Assembly (NCBI GenBank): GCA_046727335.1
Contig: JBKPCL010000007.1
Coordinates: 1 to 34,664 of the forward strand
DNA length: 34,664 bases
DNA from: Actinomycetota bacterium
GTDB lineage: Bacteria > Actinomycetota > Acidimicrobiia > IMCC26256 > PALSA-610
Direction: 5' to 3'
Below are positions 28,732-34,664 of the stretch, one piece after another. Position numbers and translations under genes: made by a program. Within the stretch, counting starts at the first letter, position 1; each line of letters starts with the position of its first letter. The notes under the pieces are model-generated. The model had not been told where the DNA came from. It searched no databases and worked only from the letters and a program-made list of their open reading frames with translations.

Positions 28732-29511
28732 TCAGGCGCCGTGGACCGCCTCGCGCAGACGCGTCACCAGAGCGGTCGGATCCGGCGAGCCCCAGACGTT
28801 GCGACCAAAGGCGATGCCGGCGGCACCGGCCGCGACGACGCCGCGTGCGAGCGCGACAACGTCGTCCTCGGATGCCATCTTCGGTCCGCCCAGCGCGACA
28901 ACGGGCACCGGGCACGCCTCGACCACTGCGGTGAACTCCTCGGGTTCGCCCGGGCAGACGGTCTTCACGATGTCGGCCCCGAGCTCGACCGCGATGCGCG
29001 CGGCCCGGGCGACGTTCTCGATCGTCCAGTCGATGCTCTTCGCCCAGCCGCCCGGGATCGCCTCGGCCATGACGGGCAAGCCGAGCTGCTCACACTCCGA
29101 AGCGAGACGCGCGAGCCGCTGCAGCGACTTCTCCTCGTCGGGAGAACCGGGAAACACGAGGAGCACGACGGCGTCGGCGCCGATCGAGATCGCTTCCTCG
29201 GCTCGGTGCAGGATGGCCGACACGTCAGAGCTTGCGAAGTCGCCGAGCTCGGAGACGCCGCCGTCGACGCGCAGGACGAGACCGCAGTCGGCAAACGTGT
29301 CGGCGTGTGATCGAGCAAGGTTCCACGTCGCGAGGATGCCGTCGGGACGGCCGGCCGCGATCGCCTGCATGGCGTCGAGCGGCGGACCGGCGCCCATGTA
29401 GGCCGCGTGGTCGATCGCTACGAGGCAGGAGCGACCGTCGGCGCGGATCACGCGGCGGAAGCGGCGCGTCTTGGCGGCAGCGATCGCCGAGCTCGGAATG
29501 GTCTCTTTCAC
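28732..29511 (-). CDS. Class I aldolase, DhnA/FbaB/LsrF family
   Basis: AIDH, GADAV, Schiff-base Lys in ELGADIVKT, LGGPK, GIAFGRNVW. Confidence 0.87.
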   Translation of the reverse strand: MKETIPSSAIAAAKTRRFRRVIRADGRSCLVAIDHAAYMGAGPPLDAMQAIAAGRPDGILATWNLARSHADTFADCGLVLRVDGGVSELGDFASSDVSAILHRAEEAISIGADAVVLLVFPGSPDEEKSLQRLARLASECEQLGLPVMAEAIPGGWAKSIDWTIENVARAARIAVELGADIVKTVCPGEPEEFTAVVEACPVPVVALGGPKMASEDDVVALARGVVAAGAAGIAFGRNVWGSPDPTALVTRLREAVHGA

Positions 29512-29918
29512 TGGTGCCTCGCAGTATTGAGCTGACGTTCGAATTCTGTCCCATCCCAGTAATCCACGCGGTGCGCGATCACGCCGCGCTCGACCCGGAA
29601 GCGAAACATGCCCCGCAGTCGGACCGGATGCGCTCCAGCGTCGTCGCGCACGGTGCAGGTCATGATGTACGGCACCGCGACCCGGTCCGAGTCGACGATG
29701 AAGTCTTCGGCCTCGTAGCGGAGATCGTCGAACCGGGCGAGGAACTCAGGAAGGCGCGCGCGATACGCGTCGCGACCGCGAACTGTAGTGCCGAGCGCCG
29801 ACGTGTGCTCGTTCACGAAGTCGACCGCAACGCAGTCCACAGCGGCGTCGACGTCATGTCGATTCAATGCAGCGAGATAGCGCTCGACGACGTCGCGCGC
29901 GCTCTCGCGCGGCGTCAC
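29508..29918 (-). CDS. SnoaL-like / NTF2-fold protein
   Basis: GTG 29918 overlaps the VOC stop; VVERYLAALNRHD, RGRDAY, FRVERGVIAHRVDYWD. Confidence 0.83.
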   Translation of the reverse strand: MTPRESARDVVERYLAALNRHDVDAAVDCVAVDFVNEHTSALGTTVRGRDAYRARLPEFLARFDDLRYEAEDFIVDSDRVAVPYIMTCTVRDDAGAHPVRLRGMFRFRVERGVIAHRVDYWDGTEFERQLNTARHQ

Positions 29919-30385
29919 CTCGCTTCGCCCCAAAGCTCTCGAATCGTCGAGAACACCTTCTGGTTCCACGAGAACTCGATGACGTTTCCGTCGGGATCCT
30001 TGGCCGCGCAGATGTAGCCGATGTGCGGCGCCATCTGGCGCGGTTCCCAGCTGAGGCATCCCATCTCGCGTGCTCGCTCCGCGATCGCATCGACGTCTTC
30101 TTTGTTGGGCAGTTCGATTCCGATATGGGCGAAGGGAGAGAGGGTCGGATGCGGCTCGCCCGGCTCCTGTCCGAACTGGCGCGCCATGTCGGGCACGAAC
30201 TCGGCGATCACGAGTACGAAGGGGTCCTCGACCTGCTTCTCGTTCGACAGCCACGCGCCGCGGCCGGTCTCGTCTTCGTTCTGGGCGACGACGACGAGCG
30301 GCGTGAGCTTTGTGAAGAACTCGATCGAGCGCTCGAGGTTGCTCACCGGTAGCGCGACGTGCGTCCAACGCGGTTGCGTCAGCAT
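29915..30385 (-). CDS. VOC family protein
   Basis: WTHVALPVSNL, AHIGIEL, GYICAAKDPDGNVIEFS; RBS AGGAG. Confidence 0.88.
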   Translation of the reverse strand: MLTQPRWTHVALPVSNLERSIEFFTKLTPLVVVAQNEDETGRGAWLSNEKQVEDPFVLVIAEFVPDMARQFGQEPGEPHPTLSPFAHIGIELPNKEDVDAIAERAREMGCLSWEPRQMAPHIGYICAAKDPDGNVIEFSWNQKVFSTIRELWGEAR

Positions 30386-30396
30386 GATCTCTCCTC

Positions 30397-31572
30397 CTAC
30401 GCGAACTCGTCGGCGGCGAGTGGCGTCGCGACGTCGTTGCGAACGTTGCGCATGAAATGTGCGGCGCGTCCCTCCCAGGTGGTGGGCGGCCCGACGCGGT
30501 AGAACGGCGAGTGGAGATTGCGCATGAGCTCCGTCACCATGTTGGTGTCTTCCTCGTTGGTCTTGGCGAGCGTGTCGAGCTGTTCCTCTTGCTCGTCGAG
30601 TGGCGTGTCCAGTCCGTAGATGCGCGAGAACAGACGGATGCGGTCCGGTGCGAGAGGGTCGGCTCGCACGAGGATGAGCTGGGTGGGATAGGGCAGCGGG
30701 GTCAGGTTGGGAAAGATGAAGTCGGCGTAGTGGCCGGTCAGCTCCTCCTCGGGTAGATCATCGCGGCCGCCCCTCGGATCGTCGACCTCGAGCTTGTGCG
30801 GCTTGTACCCGCTGCAGGTGCGACCTTCGTAGCGGACGATCGTGTCGAGCTGGCGCCGACGATCGTTCATCCGCCGGTGCACGAAGCGAACGTGGTAATC
30901 GTCGTTCGAGTTCTCGCAGAACGCCTTCCAATTGATCGGATACTCCTGATCGAGATCTCGATGGAAGCGCGTGAACTTCTCGAAGCCGTATCGGTCGTAG
31001 CGTTCGGCGAGCGGCGCGATCCATTCGCGGAACGACGGCGCCTTGTGCGACAAGCACCCGAAGATGAGCTTGTTCCAGGCAACCTCGACACGGATCGGGA
31101 CCAGTCCGTAGTCCTCGTGCGGCAACCCTTCCGGATACATGCGAGGTTCGTCCGGCACGCCGATGAGCCGGCCGTCGATCGCGTACGCCCAGTTGTGGTA
31201 CGGGCACGTGAGGGTTCGTCCGCAATGGCCGGCTGCCTCCGACGACAGACCTGAGGCGCGGTGGCGGCAGTTGTTCAAGAAGCCCTTCACCGAGCCGTCC
31301 TGCTGGCGGATGACGATGACGGACTGCATGCCGATGGTCCCGGTGAGGAAGTCGCCCGGTTGCCGGAGGTCCTCCGTGTCGCCCAGCCACACCCAGGCTC
31401 GGCCGAAGACCCGGATCATCTCCAGATCGAAGAGGTCCTGGTCGTACACCTCCCAGGGCTGGAGCATGGGCGTCTCGAGCGGGGACGACACGAGCCCCGA
31501 TGTCTCAGCCAGTCGGTGGGCGCGCCGTTCATCGACACGGTCGAAGAGCAGCGCTTCGTCGGGCATGCGCAT
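30397..31572 (-). CDS. Rieske non-heme iron oxygenase alpha subunit 3 (paralog of 27550-28716)
   Basis: NNCRHR...CPYHNW; NWKAFCENSNDDYHVRFVH; EED. Confidence 0.92.
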   Translation of the reverse strand: MRMPDEALLFDRVDERRAHRLAETSGLVSSPLETPMLQPWEVYDQDLFDLEMIRVFGRAWVWLGDTEDLRQPGDFLTGTIGMQSVIVIRQQDGSVKGFLNNCRHRASGLSSEAAGHCGRTLTCPYHNWAYAIDGRLIGVPDEPRMYPEGLPHEDYGLVPIRVEVAWNKLIFGCLSHKAPSFREWIAPLAERYDRYGFEKFTRFHRDLDQEYPINWKAFCENSNDDYHVRFVHRRMNDRRRQLDTIVRYEGRTCSGYKPHKLEVDDPRGGRDDLPEEELTGHYADFIFPNLTPLPYPTQLILVRADPLAPDRIRLFSRIYGLDTPLDEQEEQLDTLAKTNEEDTNMVTELMRNLHSPFYRVGPPTTWEGRAAHFMRNVRNDVATPLAADEFA

Positions 31573-31608
31573 GCGTGTTTCCCCTGGTCACCGGGTTGTC
31601 TTGCCCGA

Positions 31609-31614
31609 ATCGTA
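31609..31614 (-). promoter_or_regulatory. Putative -10 (TACGAT) for the Rieske3-VOC-SnoaL-aldolase operon
   Basis: TANNNT hexamer 36 nt upstream of the start. The same hexamer lies upstream of the GGT gene (7927-7932). Confidence 0.4.
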
Positions 31615-31757
31615 CGCCCCGGACCGGTCACCGAGAATGGGCTTCTGGCACAGTCAACGGGCCGGTGGACGGTGTTGAGCCTCTATGGAGATGTGCCCAC
31701 AACCCAAGTCGAGGCGGAACGCGGCGACCCTGGCGACTCCGAGCGCATGATCGGAGC

Positions 31758-32579
31758 GTGCAGGACGAGAGAGCCCTCTGGCCACCGACAGATGCCAAGC
31801 TCATCGAGCTCCAACACCGGTTGGCGAGTGCGGCCGACGCGGTCCTCGCTACCGACCCATGGACGCTGCCCGAGCACCCGTTCGGGGTCGGAGGATGCTT
31901 CGTGGCGTTCGTTCCTGGAGAAGCAGGACCGGGCCGCGCTGGCGATCGGGCGTGGGCGGCGGCAGTCGTGTGGCGGGCGTGTGCGTCGAACACGCGTCTG
32001 CGCGACGTCGATGCCCACCTCCGGGGCGCGAGGTCCGATTCGGCTCCAAGGCGCGCCGATGACGTCATCGCACAGGCCGTCGTCGAAAGGCGAGTACCGG
32101 ACGCCTACACGCCAGGACTGCTTGCTCGTCGGGAAGGCCCGATACTCGCTGCCGCAGTCGAGGCGTTGGACGAGCGTCCCGACGTCTTGCTCGTCGACGC
32201 ATCTGGTCTCGATCATCCACGACGCGCCGGGCTTGCCCTGCATCTCGGCGCGGTGGTCGACCTCCCTACGGTCGGCGTGACTCGTCGACCGCTCGTGGCA
32301 TCCGGCTCTGAGCCAGAGTCTCGACGTGAAGCATGCGCGCCGCTCCGCCTCGATGGTCGCTGTGTCGCGTACTGGCTGTGCACGAGGACGGGTGCTCGGC
32401 CGATCGTCGCTCATGCAGGTTGGCGCACGACTCCGGAGACGGCCGTCAGCACGGTGCTCATCGCGTCGACGGAGAGTGCTCGCACCCCAGTGCCGTTGCA
32501 AGAAGCTCGCCGTGCCGCACGCGAAGCGCGCGCCCGCGCCGACGAGATGCACAATGTCTCGCGCAACTGCCGTGACTGA
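31758..32579 (+). CDS. nfi: Endonuclease V homolog (atypical active site)
   Basis: LQHRLA, AYTPGLLARREGP, PDVLLVDASGLDHPRRAGLALHLG, LPTVGV, RTPVPL. GTG 31758 lies 6 nt after CATGAT, consistent with a leaderless start. Confidence 0.8.
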   Translation: MQDERALWPPTDAKLIELQHRLASAADAVLATDPWTLPEHPFGVGGCFVAFVPGEAGPGRAGDRAWAAAVVWRACASNTRLRDVDAHLRGARSDSAPRRADDVIAQAVVERRVPDAYTPGLLARREGPILAAAVEALDERPDVLLVDASGLDHPRRAGLALHLGAVVDLPTVGVTRRPLVASGSEPESRREACAPLRLDGRCVAYWLCTRTGARPIVAHAGWRTTPETAVSTVLIASTESARTPVPLQEARRAAREARARADEMHNVSRNCRD

Positions 32580-32593
32580 CGGCCCTCACAGGG

Positions 32594-32665
32594 CTGCTGC
32601 TCACGCCAGTTCGGATGACGGAGTCGACCAATGGTCGACGCCTGCTGCTCACGCCGGTTGGATGA
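32594..32665. repeat. Direct repeat pair flanking a palindrome between convergent genes
   Basis: CTGCTGCTCACGCCAGTTCGGATGA (32594-32618) and CTGCTGCTCACGCCGGTTGGATGA (32642-32665) flank GTCGACCA-A-TGGTCGAC (32623-32639). Confidence 0.7.
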
Positions 32666-32668
32666 GGG

Positions 32669-33940
32669 TCAGGCAGGAGTCCACTCGCTCCACGGGGTGC
32701 TCCAGTCCATGACCCCGTGGTCGCCCCGCTCCGGTGACCGTGTCCCGCCCGTCACCGCAACGACGTCGCCGATTCGGCTGAAGTTGAAGAACGCGGTCGC
32801 GTCGGCGGGGCTCAAGTTGATGCATCCGTGCGAGACGTTCGTGTTGCCCTGCGAGGCGACCGACCATGGAGCCGCGTGCACGTATTCACCGCTGTCAGAG
32901 ATGTGCACGTCCTGGTACACGAGCTCGTCGTAACCGTCGGGCGAGTTGACCGGGATGCCGTTGGTCGACGAGACCATGTGCACGACGCTCTGGCGGTCCA
33001 TGACGATGTGCGTGCCGCCCATGGTGGGGTACTTGTCGCGACCACCGCTGATCGGATAGGTGGCGATGACGCGACCGTTCGACGTGACGGTCATCTGGTG
33101 CGTCGCGAGGTTCGCGACCGACATGTGCGCGTCACCGACCGTGAAGCTCGCCTGCGGTTGACCTGCACCCCACACGCCGTCGCCGGCGTTCCAGCCATCG
33201 AGGTTGCCCGAGACCGTGACGTGTTCACCGGTCGGCCAGTACGTCGCGGGCCGGTAGTGGAGCTCTTTCGCGCTGAACCAGTGCCAGCCGCCCGGGACCG
33301 GCCTCGACGCGGTGACCCGGAAGTGACGCAGCGCCGCGGCCTGGGCAAGTGGTGTGGTGATCGCATGATCGAACCGGATCACGACGGGCTGACCGACGCC
33401 GACAGTGAGGTTGTTGGGGAAGACCTTCGCACCGACGTTGGCGACTGGTGTGAGCGTTTGGAAGGTGGAAACGAGCTGGCCCCCCGGTCCTTGCAGTTCC
33501 GAGAGTTGCGCGGCGACGTGGTACGTCGTGTTCGGGGCGAGCGTCGCCGTGGATTGCCATGACTGGCGCGACGAGGCGAGCTGGCCGGGGAGCGCGGTGC
33601 CATTCGGGCCCGTCACCGTGACGGAGGTCAACCATCCTGTCGCCGTCGACACCGCGACCGGCGCGTCGAGCGGCACGTCGACGGCACTCGGGGTCGGCGA
33701 GAAGGTCACCGCGGTGGCGAGCACCGCTCGTATGGACGCCGACTCCGGGGAACGCATGCCGTACGTCGATGCAGACGCGCCCGCGAACGGCGACGACGCA
33801 TAGGCGTTCAACGCGAAGGCCGACGCCAGGCCGAGGGCGACCACCGCAATCGCGCCGGGCACAACCGATCGCCGCGATCGCGATCGATCCCTTCTGCGCT
33901 CCAGACGCGTCTTTCTCGAGCTGTTCTGTGCCGACTCCAC
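32669..33940 (-). CDS. L,D-transpeptidase with Ig-like domains (actinobacterial Ldt type)
   Basis: N-terminal TM helix, VGVGQPVVIRF, HYRPATYWP, YVHAAPWSVASQGNTNVSHGCINL (catalytic His/Cys). Confidence 0.93.
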   Translation of the reverse strand: MESAQNSSRKTRLERRRDRSRSRRSVVPGAIAVVALGLASAFALNAYASSPFAGASASTYGMRSPESASIRAVLATAVTFSPTPSAVDVPLDAPVAVSTATGWLTSVTVTGPNGTALPGQLASSRQSWQSTATLAPNTTYHVAAQLSELQGPGGQLVSTFQTLTPVANVGAKVFPNNLTVGVGQPVVIRFDHAITTPLAQAAALRHFRVTASRPVPGGWHWFSAKELHYRPATYWPTGEHVTVSGNLDGWNAGDGVWGAGQPQASFTVGDAHMSVANLATHQMTVTSNGRVIATYPISGGRDKYPTMGGTHIVMDRQSVVHMVSSTNGIPVNSPDGYDELVYQDVHISDSGEYVHAAPWSVASQGNTNVSHGCINLSPADATAFFNFSRIGDVVAVTGGTRSPERGDHGVMDWSTPWSEWTPA

Positions 33941-34270
33941 CCGGTGGTCAGCGTAGGGTCAGGCGGCGGCTCGTAGAAATCGCGGCCCTCTGCGGCATTC
34001 AGCGCGCGGGCGCGCGCGGCGACGACCGTCAAAGAACCGACAGGTATCTGCTCGGCTAGCGAGCGGCGTTGCGACGCCGGCCGTCACGGGCCGGCGTATA
34101 CGCGCCGAACCGCCAGCGGCGGAGCGAGTCCTCGTGTGGCCGCACCGAAGGAAAGGCCTGCTCCCGTCGACCGTTCCCGTGAGGCACGCGATTCCCGCCG
34201 CGCTTCCCGGAAGCGTTGTCCATACGGCTGGCCCCGTACCGAATCCAAGCCGTCGCCAAACCGCAGGTGA

Positions 34271-34663
34271 CTAGGGATGCAGCGCCGCGCAGGCGGCGAC
34301 GCCGGCCGGGTCGACCGGCGCGTCCGGCAGCAGGGGCGGGTTCCCGAACGAGCGCCGGCCGAAGTCGAAGAAATCCAGCATCGGCGACGCGGCGACGTCG
34401 CGGCGGGTCAACGCGGGCAGGCCGAAGCGCGTCTCGATGAACCGCAGGATCGACGTGTGGTCATAGACCACGTGCGAGACGTAGTGCGGCTTCGCGAACG
34501 GTGACACGACGATCGCGGGAACGCGGACGCCGTAGCGGTCGAACGCGGCGTGTGTGTCGCCGGGCTGGAGCATGGGCGGGATGTCATCGGGCGGGACTGC
34601 TGCCGGCGGCGGCACATGGTCGTAGAAACCACCATGCTCGTCGTAGGTGAGGAAGAACGCCGA
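34271..34663 (-). CDS. Phosphoesterase / phospholipase C family protein (C-terminal part; 5' end off window)
   Basis: FLTYDEHGGFYDHVPPP, GVRVPAIVVSPFAK, YDHTSILRFIE. Confidence 0.88.
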   Translation of the reverse strand, partial: SAFFLTYDEHGGFYDHVPPPAAVPPDDIPPMLQPGDTHAAFDRYGVRVPAIVVSPFAKPHYVSHVVYDHTSILRFIETRFGLPALTRRDVAASPMLDFFDFGRRSFGNPPLLPDAPVDPAGVAACAALHP

Positions 34664-34664
34664 C

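Noticed and set aside
28732-29511. GriI-type 3-amino-4-hydroxybenzoate biosynthesis
   Set aside because: No GriH/DHQ synthase II-like partner is present in the window.
32594-32665. CRISPR array
   Set aside because: Only two repeat copies, a palindromic 23 bp spacer and no cas genes.
33941-34270. c-di-AMP (ydaO) riboswitch upstream of the L,D-transpeptidase
   Set aside because: A GCTGAAT is present on the minus strand, but I could not find the other conserved blocks such as GTCAGCTAAC.

Overview
High-GC, actinobacterial-looking DNA; the leaderless-type promoters and the Ig-domain L,D-transpeptidase suggest Actinomycetota, possibly Acidimicrobiia (inference). About 31.6 kb (1-31572) is one dense small-molecule metabolism cluster. 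It encodes three Rieske non-heme iron oxygenase alpha subunits, two paralogous metal amidohydrolases, an ATP-dependent hydantoinase/oxoprolinase A+B pair, a CaiC-like CoA ligase, a GGT-family Ntn hydrolase, an acetamidase/formamidase, an ALDH, two MDR dehydrogenases, an AKR, a class I aldolase, a SAM methyltransferase, four VOC proteins, cupin, SnoaL, flavin-reductase-like and ferritin-like proteins, a BMP-family ABC importer, and PucR and FadR regulators. I do not recognise this gene set as a described pathway; it most resembles uptake and breakdown of an N-heterocycle, lactam or modified nucleoside. To the right lie an endonuclease V homolog with altered catalytic residues, an L,D-transpeptidase and the 3' end of a phosphoesterase. 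No rRNA, tRNA, CRISPR array or transposase was seen. Small non-coding features include a MIRU-like mini-ORF relay inside the transporter operon and a direct-repeat/palindrome element between convergent genes.
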